Assembly: GCA_965649765.1 (NCBI GenBank)
Contig: OZ287750.1
Span: forward strand, 70,060,001-70,124,000
Source of the DNA: Bispira polyomma
Taxonomy: Eukaryota
Reading direction: 5' to 3'
Length of the DNA: 64,000 bases
Below, piece after piece: positions 36,291 through 48,879 of this stretch (within the stretch, counting starts at the first letter, position 1; the number at the start of each line of letters is the position of its first letter). A program made the position numbers and the translations under genes. The notes below the pieces were generated by a model that saw only the letters and a list, made by a program, of their open reading frames with translations, was not told where the DNA came from and made no database searches.

Positions 36291-39200
36291 CTTGTGTTCA
36301 ATCAGTATTAAATGTGGTTGCACAGCAGTAGCGCCTGTTTCTTTTTTTTATTATTATTATTAAACATTTACAAAGCCCCTAATTGATATATCACACTCAA
36401 AGGTGCTCATTCTCTAAAACGAATCATAGTGTTGGTAGACATCAGTAGGTAATCACATGTTCATGTATTGCCCAATGATGTGTTATTCTACCTGGAGGTA
36501 TTAACAAGAGTTGAATCGGAGACCTTTCCCACAGCAACTCCCCAACACAGATCACGAGACCAACACCCAAACTACTAGGTTATAGAACTAAAGCTAACTA
36601 TAGTCATAATGGCCTATTAGCGTTTTATTGGCTTTAGATTAAATCACAAACCAAAGGTAGTATTCCCTCCACTACAACACATAAATCAGGAGAATACTGC
36701 AAGTAAGGTGGAGAAAGAGTGCATTGTACACAGGGGGAAACCTTTGTGACTTTCAGGTAGAGTGATTGAATGTTAATATCACATGCTTCAATTTTGGTAA
36801 ATGTTAGTGCCGCTCTTACATATTTGATATGTCAATAAATATAACGTAAACATTTGTTGAGTTAAAATTTTGTGAAAAAAATTACAGTTAGACTTAGACT
36901 TTAGTCTAATATATGTCCCAAAAGGTAATGCTTTTTGTGGCCTTTGATGTCATGGTAACACTTTCACATTTAGAGTCATATAATGAGGTTAAGATTGACT
37001 TTAAGTTAGTATTTGGACTTAACATTTTGTAAGCACGTTCTTTTGTCTCTTCTGCTGGAGCTGAATGTTCATATTTGGTATACTATTTTAAAATGTAACG
37101 TTGACATTGTATTTTTTTAAAACATTTGGCTTTAAGGTTGACTTCGGTGGTCACTGGTTGTCTCTGTGCATATCCCTATATTTAATGTGTATAATGTAGC
37201 ATTAGCAAATAATATTATAGTTGTAGCATCTTTCTACTATTTTTTAAAGTAAATATTTAAAGAAGCATTCTTAATTTAATTTCAATTTTTATTAAAAATG
37301 TTGTTTGAGTTGGGTTTTATAATATATTATTACATTATGTAAACTTAATGGGTACTTGGGACTAAAGGTCCTCATACACAATTATGCTATAATAATGTAG
37401 TGCCACGAGGTGTTTATCTATATGCTATCTGGTAATTTCCAGCAGATAATGGGTTGTCATGTATATTCCTACTTTTAATGGGTATCATAGATCAAACTTA
37501 CGGGACACATCTTGTCTTTTTTTGTCTTTATTTTAAAGAAATTGTAACACTAATGAAGGACATATACAGAATTAACTAAATATGACCCGCCATGACATTT
37601 AAAATACAGTTGAACCTATATTATTCAAACTTATCCGAACAATTAATTTATGAACTCAATTTCATTATCCCAAATTTTTGTTTTTGTGTTATTGTATGCT
37701 AAAATTGATGTTATTTTATGAAATAAATACTAGATTATCTGCACAAAATGTTACTCTGTCAACATGTTATGATAAAAGAGGTTCCACAAATAATGTTTCA
37801 CTGTGTCTAAGAGTAATATCAATAGAATAATGTGGTCACATGTAAATGTAGAAAATGCATGTTGAAGTGAGTGTGGCCATGGTTATTAAACCCTTGTAAA
37901 CCACAATTAACCAGACATGGTTACTGCTTGTTTTACACATGTCTACTGACAGGTTTATTACATTTTAGGGAGAGGGAGTGAAATCTGGCTAGAGCTCCTC
38001 CAGTAGCTGTTTTCACTGGTAAACAAAGCAGTGTTAAATTATAATTACAGGTATGTTTATAAAATAGACTTATCATGGGAACAGCTTACTTTGGGTTGCT
38101 CTGACGCCTATTCTGAAAAAAAATAAATGGCCACCATACAACTACAAGTGTGAAAAATTATGGGTTTTACAACATTTGGCAAACATCTGTATATGACTCT
38201 TTCGTGTATTTAATGGTCCAGAGACAATATTTGGATGCCATTATAGATGGGATAGATTATAGATATACATTACACTTTTTTATTGATGATTGACAAAGTT
38301 AAAACTCAAAGGTAAAGAAATCCTCTTCTCAAGAAAATTGTCAAATAAAAAGGAGTAAAATTTAAAAGAAATGCCTTTCAGGGACTATATATTATTGACA
38401 AATATATGAGTTTTGCATTTAAAGGCGTTTGACTGTAGTTCACCCAGTGTTTTAAGGTTCTCGTCCCTAAACCTGAACAATTAGTAATCCTTTGATGCAA
38501 CTTCTTTAAACATTATGTTGCTGCTTTGTTTCTTTTCACTATTTCATGCAAAACCAGCTTTATGGCATACAAAGGATGATTAGACATATGAGTATAATTT
38601 TAATAATGTTTATAATCATAAATGTAGTTAAAATCATATTTATGTGGTTTATTGTCATACCTGAGGAGACTGTCTTTGTTACAGAACCCATTTAAACTTA
38701 ATCTAAAAATTCTACCTGATGAACTATAAACGCTTTTCTACTGTTTCTAAAAGTGGAAAATATATATTTTACAATCAAATTTAAGGCTTCAAAAGAAATT
38801 ATGTATATATACATATAATGACGTGAGGTACAACCTCACTCTTACTTAAGGTAACGTTAACTCTGGCTATACACGATAACCTTAGAAACAATAGCAGAGT
38901 CATAAAATATGTGATATGATAGCCTAATAGGTACATAAGTACAACCTGACTTTTACTTGAGATAAACAAGATAAACATAATATGTATAGAGAGTACAAAC
39001 AGCATTAATTAGGTACCAAGGTGTTATTGGTTATAACTCTGTCTCTTGGTTTATTTGTTATAACTCTGTCTCTTGGTTTATTTGTTGCGAGATGTGGCAC
39101 AGTATAACGTAGTTTGATGAAGCCAAATGAGTGTTAACGTAATACATGTAATACTGAATTCTATAGAATACATAGAAATCGTCGTAGTATTACATATATC

Positions 39201-41264
39201 AAGGTTAAAAAAGCTGCCTTACGAAAAATTACGCAGACAAAAGTACATATACCATAATAAATTACGTGGCTTGATGTAATATTACAGCTATTTGCGTGTT
39301 TTTACACACAGATGTGTGCCACTTAATACGTAATTTTACGTGAATGGTTGCATCAGCTGCGAGTCTTTACAGGTATTGACATACAAATATGTGGATCTCT
39401 GCGTAAGTTAATGCCTTTGACGTAAAAATAAAATATAAATCGACTTCTGCATAGATTTTTGCATAAAATATTTGCGACAGCCTTGAGTGGTTAACATAGG
39501 CTAACTTAAATCCGACGGGACTGAGGCTTTAATGTCCCGTTTATTTTCAAAAATGTAAAATATTTCGAGTTGCTTGAAATTTTTTATGTTTATGGCCCTT
39601 TTTCTGAAACGGTTGGTGCGTTCGCGGAAAACGTATGACAGTGTGACGACGGCATAATTGTGCATTAATCAGAAATAAGGAGAAGAATTCAAATAGTTAA
39701 GGCTGGGTTAGTTTTCTAACACAGGTTTGGAGAACATGGGTTTTATCTGGTGTTTTTGTGGTGATAATTAGAAAAGAAAGCATAAATATAAGGATATATG
39801 TGTGTGACAAGAGAATGAACTAATAACACATAATAAAAAGCATCATAATAAGTAGCAGACATGCACTTCAATTCGAACTTCGGAGTCTTAGGGAGCCAGT
39901 TGACAACAATTGAGTATTGATTTCCTGGTCAAGGAATTGGTTATGACTGGTGTCTATTTAAAAAGAAGACTGTGTCCAGTGGTTGTTAAAGCCAAAGGCT
40001 TTCTGGAGTTTTTATTTAGTTTGAGCATATAAATATTGGGATGCGATTACACTTACTCTTAAATGTACAGTAGTTTCTGAAGTCATATACGTTTCTGGGT
40101 TTATTGTTGGAAGAAACCAGTTACATAACTATAGTTCACCAGTCGCATGCTAATTTATTCTGTCTGAACAAAGGTGATGAAAAGTCTGGTGTTTTGGGGG
40201 GAAAGTGTGAAAAACAAGTTTTAACAGAATTTACAATCAACGAATCAACATTGATGAGTAGTCTAGGCCTGTAACCACATTGGACAGAAGATGCAGAACG
40301 TCAGTGCTCTTGAGAACCAATCTCTCCTTCCTCGATACTATTGTGATCCCGCTGATATTTCTTGTGCAGAACCGCCGCCTTCATAGGTAGGTTGCAGCAA
40401 TGTGCCGCCGGTCAGAGCACCCCATCAACGACATGGTGCTTACAAAAGTCATGTTGGCTACGTAAAAGGAGGAATATTGGTCAACTCGGCACCAGTCTAA
40501 CCAAGTCATCACCACTTATTGAGCAAAGAAGATAAGGAAACCTACATTTTATTTTTACATGTGTCAATAGAAAAATCCTAGTTCATTATACAGGGCAGCA
40601 TGTACTATTTATGTAATGCAAGAGAAAAATTTCTTAGCAATAACAGAAAGAATTTTTGTGAAATGTTTTTATAAATAGTGTAGTAGCTACAATTTCTGGA
40701 GTTTGTCATGAAGGTTTTCGATTGAAAGTCACCACAAAATAACAACTTATGTAAAGTTATTAGAATTATTTAGAATTGGTAGAGTTGGTTAGACTGGGGG
40801 TGCCCAAATGACAAAATTAGATTGCAATAATATTTTTACAAGCGACAAATGAGACCATATTATCTGATCATATTGCCCAAACAGGCATGTATAACTTACA
40901 ACCCTCTATTGTATTAGAGGGCTGATGAATCAAATACCCCCTGTATAATTATATTATCTGATCATAGCATGATAAACTTTATTTCTACACAAACATATAC
41001 TGCCTCTCACGCCGTTTTCGCCAGTGTCGAACACTATCAGAGGCTGCAGTTAATTGTATTATCACTATAAAATTACCGATTTTACAGATTTAATGTGTTT
41101 CACCTTCATCCATAAAGTACAAAAGCAGCATTATTGCCATTTTTAAGCTGTGCACTTGATCAACCTAATATATACCAGAAGGAAGAACCTGATTTTAATG
41201 CAGAAACTTAATCTTTAATATATTAGATTTTGAACTTTTGATGAATTTTTTTCTGCTCTCTCTA

Positions 41265-41449
41265 TTGGCGAGTTCGTCTTCCATCGATGTCTATGTGAAA
41301 AAGCTGGTAGTCCCTTACTGTAGGCCGCTGCTTTCAGTGCAGAACCTTGATCAACTGCTTGCAATTTTTCCTCTAGCATTCCAACTATCCATCCCAATAT
41401 AACCAAATTAAAGGTACTAGAGTGGACGCCAAAAATCCAAATTCAAATT
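41265..41449 (+). mobile_element. 5'-truncated copy of the 10.4 kb SINE nested in the pogo element
   Basis: Contains gtgcagaaccttgatcaactg...ggtactagagtggacg...ccaaattcaaatt. Confidence 0.85.
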
Positions 41450-43686
41450 GCTATCCTATTGATTCGACGTAAATTTGTTGCAATAAATGAGCGACTACTT
41501 ATGATCTACAAATTAATATGTGTGCTACAGTAAACACCCAAAAATGTGTCTGCAGTTAAATGGATAATAAATAGCAGTTAATATTGAACTGAAAAATATG
41601 TTAACAAAGTATTTCAATTGGTGATAGCCCCAAAAACCTAAAATTCTGTACAGCAACGGAATAGATTAAAAAACGAATTTGCAATGTACAAGTCTCTGTA
41701 TACTTGCATGACAAAAAACGCACACAGAAATCTGTGTTACATGTTCTATGCTAATATGAGTCTCCTATGTCCTTCAACTTAACACTAAGACAGTCACAGT
41801 GGAACCATTTCCCGCAGACATCACATCTAACCCAATAAACCTTCTTCCTCAACCTCTTCTCTTTTCCTTTCACTGGTGGAAATTCAGCCATATAAACATA
41901 GAAAATGCTCTTGTTGTCAATCACAACAGGTTCGACTGGACTACAAATAAGCATGTCAATTTTGGTAGCATCAGGTAAACCACAACCAGAAGCGACACTG
42001 GTGGATGACACAGCATCTGTTACCTGAAGTTCCTTATCTGAGATACTATTGATGTGTAAGTAAGGATATTTGATTATTTAAAACAATGGTTCACTTCTGT
42101 TACATGTATCATAAGTATAAGTGACAGTGACAATGTGCGAATGTTTCACCAGTCCTTTAAATCAGGTATTTGCGATAATCAGCATTTGTGTGATTAAGTG
42201 TTGCCTCTATAACAATTGTTTAATTATTGTATGATTGTGTATAAATTTATCAAAATTACCAGAATAAAAAGAATGAATGCTACATGTCTCCAGGTCATGG
42301 ATGTTGTCTTCCTAAGATGTAGACATAGCCAAAATCAACCTTCTTCTGAGTTTTTTTGTAGGTTTACTTTGGTTATAATAAAACTATTTTGTTTGTGTTA
42401 CAATGGTAAAATGTTACACATGGTCTTAATATATTTAAAAAATACTAGTATTTGTGAATGTTCATTCAATGAACCATCTGTTCCTGTAATTTGTAAGTAT
42501 ATGTGGAGCAAAAAAAATAATATTACAAATATGCAATTGTGAATTTGTAGTTTTGTAGAAGATATGTAGCTTGCTTTTTTTGTTTTTCAATAACCTTTCT
42601 TCTTTTGCCTTCCTCTTCTGACCTATCTCTTCATCTTTCGCCTTCACATGATCCATCATGTAATCTCCAGTTATATATCAGGCAGTGATATTAATCCTAC
42701 CTCAACCCAGCCTTCAAATCTTTGGGAATTGGAAAACAAGTATTAAATCAGGAGGTAATTTTCTGACAGCCTCAACAGGATGTGTTGTAATATCCTTTGG
42801 CTATAAAGCCTCCTAAGTCTCCTCAGCAGATACCGCCCAACACCATCACCAATCTCTGATCCAGAACTGGCAGGTGTAATAGAGGTCACCTCACCAACAT
42901 TGGAGGCAGTTAATATGACCCTATAACACATATCAACATATGTTGAGGTACACATGTAACATTTTATATAAACTGATTTTGTCAATCAGTCACTAATGAA
43001 ATACAAACACTTTTTTATATTATAGGATGGAGCTATTTAATTTGATTATAGTTTTTTTTTTTTGCTGTGCTAGAAGAAAATAACAGCATAGAACAGAATG
43101 TTGTGATGACTAATAATATAAGAGTCTATTGCAGTTTGATCAAACGGAAACAAGCTGCTCCTTCGGAAAGCACTTCTTACTTTGGCTGTAGAAGCTCCCC
43201 TTTAGATGCTGTAGCGCTAAGTTAAAGAGAAGCTGCTCCTAGTTATAGTGCTCCTTGATGACCTCAACTCAGTCATCAAACAATTGGCATTATAAGCCTT
43301 TTTGACATTGCCAAACACACCAACACCAATCGGTTGCCATATGTGTGTTGCATGTTGAGGGGGACCCAAAATCAACCTATTAATGAAATAATAAATCATA
43401 CTGGATATTTTATGACAGAAATATAGGTGTTGCATATCTATACCTTAAATACAGTTCTGCATTGCTGTAGTTGCATGAAAAATATTAGTTTAAAAGTTAT
43501 TACTTGTTTCATCATATTTCATCGTGGAAGGTGACATGGGGTAGATGACATGCAAGTGCAAAGTACTCCTTCTGAAAATATACATTTAAAATATTAAGTA
43601 CTCCTTCTGAAATATAGATTCATAACATTAATTGTAACATTAGTTTCTCACATATGTAACTGCTGTCGTTACAACATTGAACTTAT

Positions 43687-43865
43687 GAATTTGAATTTGG
43701 ATTATTAACGTCCACTCTTGTACCTTTAGTTCAGTTATATTGGGAAGGATATTTGGAATGCTGGAGGAAACATTGCATACAGTTGATCAAGGTTCTGCAC
43801 TGAAACCAGTGGCCTGCAGTAAGGAACTATCACCTTTCCCACAAAGACATTGACGGGAGGCGAAA
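43687..43865 (-). mobile_element. 5'-truncated copy of the 10.4 kb SINE inside a pogo transposase intron
   Basis: Reverse-complement match to the SINE body and tail; flanked by an AACTTATGAA direct repeat (probable TSD). Confidence 0.85.
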
Positions 43866-46667
43866 CTTATGAAACTGAACTGGTTATGAAAATACTTGTA
43901 TTCACTTTAATGTTGTACAATATTAAATAATCACAATAAATTTTGTTACACTTATAATTTATATTTCAAAAGAAAAACAAGCCATATTTCGTAATAAGTA
44001 CCTGGTTATCTTAAGCCAGTTTCAGGAGCTCATAGCTATATCGGCTGTCATGGTTGTCTAGTAGCAGTATCATTGGTCTCCTGGATCTACAGTGTTTAAT
44101 GAAGGACTCCGTGAACCAAACCTTGAACAGTTCTTTGTCCATATAACCTGCATGTAAGATATTTTGTTTTCTCACACTGAATGCTTTCTCCATAGATGGT
44201 TGGTTTGTAGTAATTTTAAGAAGCACAATACTTTGTGGTGCAGTAGAAAGTGCGATGTCATTGAGTATTTGTATAATTTATCATTGTTTTTAGGTAAGTG
44301 TACTACTGCCCAAACAATTAACAAAATAGGTCTTACCATAATAGGTCTGATTTTTTTCTGATTTGGCGTACATTCAGGATTTGGGCATGTTATCATCAAT
44401 TGAAACTGTCAGGAAATTTGTTGCATGTATCAAATATTGGGAAGAACTCTCCCAGTGGCTGCCACCCACGTCATATAAGTAATATGGTCACTATTACTGA
44501 TCTGTTTATAATAGTCAATATCAACAATCAGTACATTTATATACTTGCATAATGTACATTAATTTCATGTTATTATGTCATTGTGTTAACTTACAATAGA
44601 TATGGTGTTGTGGCTTGTTACCTTGGCGAGGGTATTTAGTGTTATGATAATGTTGTTTCAAATTTAGAATCCGCTTTTGTACATGCCTTCTTCTGGTACA
44701 TCTGCATTCCTTTAGTTCTGTAAGCCTTCTCACAGGTGGCCACATGTCCTGAAACACCTGTTTCGTCACCTGTAAATAAAAAATGACAATTGACTATGTT
44801 TGTATATTTTTTGGTGTTTGTTATATTTTATTTATTGCAAGGTGATGGTAGTGCAAGTTTGTTTGTTTCTTTTGTTTCAAAAAAATATTACCAAATTCCC
44901 ACGCAAGTCATTCCTCTTCAGTGGTACATTTTGACTCACCATTTTCTGGATATATTTCACCAGTGCCTCCTCTTCTTCATAACTTAACATGGACGGTTGC
45001 CCTGACTTTAAAAAATGGGCAATCTTGCCATTGGGTCGCAGTACTTTGAGAACCTCAAATTGAAGAGAAGCCTTCCTCACAGACATTCCTTGTCCCACAG
45101 CAGCAACAGCTTCTTTAAGATTGTGCTGCTCATACTTCTTTAATTTTTTCAATTCTCAGTGAAATTTACATGCTTCTTAAGCTACAGAATACACTAATCT
45201 GTATTATAACTACATCTGTAGATAACGAATTAATCAATTTATTATGATATGTGCTGATTGATAATGTTTGACAAAGTGTAGTTCAGTTTTGAGGTTTACC
45301 ACCAAAATTTCTAGGAACCAAGTACTCATAATGAGATTGCATAATTTACGTTACACTCATAATTTAGTCTGGGCTTTATTACTGTAAAAATGTCACCGGA
45401 AGTCAATGAAATTTAACACAAAACAATTTGATGGATGTACATAATTCTATTGTCTATTTTGGGGTTTGTAAGATATTTAAAATATATATTATCAAGTTTA
45501 TCTTTCTTTGGTTCCATGAGTGATAATAGTAAATAAATAGGTCTAAAGCTTCAATAATATACAAATTTATGACAATGTTGAAATGTCATGTTGATAATCC
45601 ATGACAAATTTTCAAGGTATTATGATGGGCCAAATGTCGGGCACATCTCGATATAAACAGTTGGTCATTCACGGCCATGGCGATAATAACTGCACTGGTG
45701 ATAACGGCTTGAGAGGCAGTACTGGGTTTATGAATTACCAGGGCTTATATGGGATAGAATCTATGTGTGTACAGTAGTAGATATTATCCGATCATATCAT
45801 GATCAACTTCAGTTCTGCACAGACCTATACAGGGTTAATATACAGAGAATTAATATAGGAGATGTGTGTACAGTAGTAGATGGCCAATATTATCCCATCA
45901 TAGCGAAATGCGTACAGCAGTATCTGTACCCAGATCAGTGGCCAGAACGGTAAGTAAAGGTACCCTCAAGATCTAAGACAGTTTAAGAGATAAAAATTAT
46001 TAAATTTACGATTGACTACTTTTAAATACAGTCTGTGGTCAACGTAAACTAACTAAGGTGGCCAGATAAAGTTTCTAGTTCAATATGTTAGAGTTAAAGG
46101 TTAAGTTAAGGTGAGTTAAAGTTTGTAGATTGTAAATGCAATTTAAGTTAAGGTAACTAACTTTACTAAGGTAACCTTAATTAAAGCTAAGCTTACGTAA
46201 AACCTATACATACAATGGAAGAGTATAATTACAGAACTTATAATTGCAGTAAAACAAGATTAGTTACAGATAAAAGATAAGACCAGAATGATCTGTATTT
46301 CTTATATAAACTGCATTATAGATTTACAATACTGATTATTTGTATAAATATACCTTTTTAGCCAAATATGATAAATACTTCTAGTGTATAAAACCAACAA
46401 TTAAAAACCATATATAAGGGAGATGTATTAATTTTATTGTCAGTACCCTACCCTAATGAGCTTGACGTTGTGGTGTAACACAGGAAAATAACAATAAAGG
46501 TAGGTTGGGGATATTAGTTTAATTTTTCTATGTTATCACTGACAATTATTTACCTGCTGAATTTTAGGGCCACCTTAGCACCATGAGTTTAGAAGACGTA
46601 AAATTTTTGAGGGGACCTTAACCTGGGGACTTCAAGTTAAGGTGACCATAAGGGTTTTGAGTTAAGG

Positions 46668-48592
46668 GTAATTGTAATTGTAATTAGACTTTTATTGCGC
46701 TTAATCTCCCCTTAAAAAAAGGGGACTCTAAGGCACACCAGCACAAAAGACAGTTATCCAATTTCCAAAATCAAGGGACAGAAAAAGGGTCAGCAACATA
46801 GAGCGCACCGGGGGATGATTGAGACTAAGGTGGATATGCTTTAGTGTACAAGTGGGTTTTAAGCTTCTTTCTAAAACAGGCTAGTGAGGGGGAAGCACGA
46901 ATCACATCAGGAAGACCATTCCAAACAATGGGAGCATCAAAAGCAAAGCTGTGACCAAACTGTTTAACCGACTTTTGAGTAGATGGGTGAAACTTCGGAA
47001 CAAGGAAATTACTACCACTCTGGCTACGTCTGGTATTGTAGGAACTACTGTAAGTGGAAAGATATGGGGCAAAATACTTTGGAAACCCAGTGTGGAGAAA
47101 CTTATAAACAAGTGTAGCTGTCTTAAACACTGAACGCTGTTCAACAGGGAGCCAATGCAATTTCTTAAGAACAGGAGTTATACTAGTGTATCGACTGGTG
47201 TTTGACACAATTCTAGCTGCACTATTTTGAATGCATTGTAATTTGCATAAATTAAACTTTGAGAGACTCCTGAAAAGTGAATTGCAGTAATCCAGTCTAC
47301 TACTGACAAAGGCATTGGCCACAAGTATAGAAGCATCATAAGTGAGAAACCATCTGACATGTCTAAAGTCACGGAGTTGCATAAAACAGCTTTTGCAGAC
47401 ACTCTGAACGTGTTTAGAGAAAGAAAAGTCAGAGTCAAACCATACACCCAGGTTCTTGACAGAATCAGCTGGACTGAAAGGGCTACCCAGGATGTCAACT
47501 GGAAACAATGCTTTAAACTTATCCCTCTGTTGTTTTGAGCCAAAGATTATGAACTCAGTCTTGTCGGGATTAAGTTTGAGTTTACCAGTTGACATCCACT
47601 CTTTCACATCATCAAGGCACCTGTTCAACTGTTCAAAGGCAGTAGATGTATTTTTATTGGATAGGTACACATAAATTTGCATAAAAATGAAACTTTATTC
47701 CTTTGTTTTTGCCAATAACCAATCTGAGAGGAGCAGTATATAATGAGAACAACAGAGGGCCCAAAACAAAACCTTGAGGGACACCAAAGAAGAGTTTACA
47801 AAGATCGGACAGAGTAGAGCCAATTTTTATCGACTGATAATGATCAGTTAAGTAGGAAGTGAACCATTTAAGAACAGAGCCCGTAACTCCAAACCAAGTC
47901 TGAAGACAACTGAGAAGCGTGGAATAATCAATGGTGTCAAAGGCAGCAGAGAGATCGAGCAATACCAGGGCAGTAGGTTCCCTCTTGACAAAGATAGGTG
48001 AACTTCATTTTTCATAGACAGAAGAGCTGTCTCAGTCGAATGACCAGTTTTATACGCAGACTGGTATGGGTTGTCTAAGTCGTGGACAAAGATGTGATCT
48101 AACAGTTGCCTAGCAACCACGCGTTCAACCAGTTTTGATATGAAACTAAGACCAGATACAGGGCGATAATTCTTCAGGTCATCAACCGGAAGAGAAGCCT
48201 TCTTAATAAGAGGAGTAACCAGAGCTGTTTTAAAACCATCAGGTACATGTCCCTCCTTAAGTGAGCAATTTACAAGTTTTGTAACGGATGGTAGTAATAT
48301 ATCACCACATTCTTTAATAAGAGATGTTGGCCATGGATCCAACATGCAGGATTTTGTAGGCGAATCACTTATTATTTTACTAATATCATCTTCAGAGACT
48401 CTGGTAAAGGCAGTAATTTCTGGGGGATCAGAAAGAGGATGAACATCAATTTTAGTTCCAGAGACAACAAAAGTATCTCTAATTCTCTTAATTTTGTCCG
48501 ATAAAAGGAAGCAAACTTATCAGCTAGTGATTTATCAGAATCATGGGACGGGAGTGCCACATTGGTATCTATATTAAGGGTCTTGCGCAGTT
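46668..48592 (-). mobile_element. 5'-truncated L2/Crack-like (CR1 group) LINE
   Basis: Motifs KNYRPVSGLSFISK, YQSAYKTGHSTETAL, LDLSAAFDTID, GVPQGFVLGPLLF, SRLDYCNSL, LHWLPVEQR. Several frameshifts. (ATTACA)n 3' tail at 46668-46686. Confidence 0.92.
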
Positions 48593-48595
48593 CGT

Positions 48596-48770
48596 AGCCC
48601 TAAGTTGGAAGTTAGGGTTACCTAAAATTGAGTTTAAGTTTGAAATTGATAAGGATAGCCCTAACTTGGAAGTTAGGGTTACCTAAAATTGAGTTTAAGT
48701 TTAAAGTTAGGGGCAGCCCTAACTTGAAAGTAGGGTTACGTTAGAATGAGTTTAAGTTTAAGAAATGCGG
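48596..48770. repeat. ~60-bp tandem repeat, 3 copies (AGCCCTAACTTGGAAGTTAGGGTTACC...), each unit with an internal hairpin
   Basis: Units start at 48596, 48657 and 48715; CCCTAACTT/AAGTTAGGG inverted pair. Confidence 0.8.
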
Positions 48771-48879
48771 TAACTTTAAATTGTATTTAAGGTTGCCAAA
48801 TGAGATTTAGTAAAGATGTAAAATGATTAAATTAAAATAAGGTGATAAGGTGGCCCAAAATATTTATGTTTAAACTTTA

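Larger units (their letters stand above)
41000..45719 (-). mobile_element. Full-length but decayed pogo-family (Tc1/mariner superfamily) DNA transposon with an intron-containing transposase and C-terminal PHD finger
   Basis: 27-bp TIRs at 41000-41026 and 45693-45719 (3 mismatches), TA on both sides. Pipsqueak/CENP-B HTH (44877-45152), DETG (~44765), LLLDNHDS (~44055), HATHIWQPIGVGVFG (~43330), WVRCDVCGKWFHCDC (~41810). Confidence 0.9.

Noticed and set aside
40260-40520. GC-richer patch that might encode part of a transposon accessory protein (ELTNIPPFT... on the minus strand)
   Set aside because: Short, frameshifted and lacking a diagnostic motif; cannot be supported without a translated search.
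46662-48582. TTAAGGGT as TSD of the L2/Crack LINE
   Set aside because: The right-hand copy falls inside LINE coding sequence (ELRKTLN...VALPS), which continues to ~48592.
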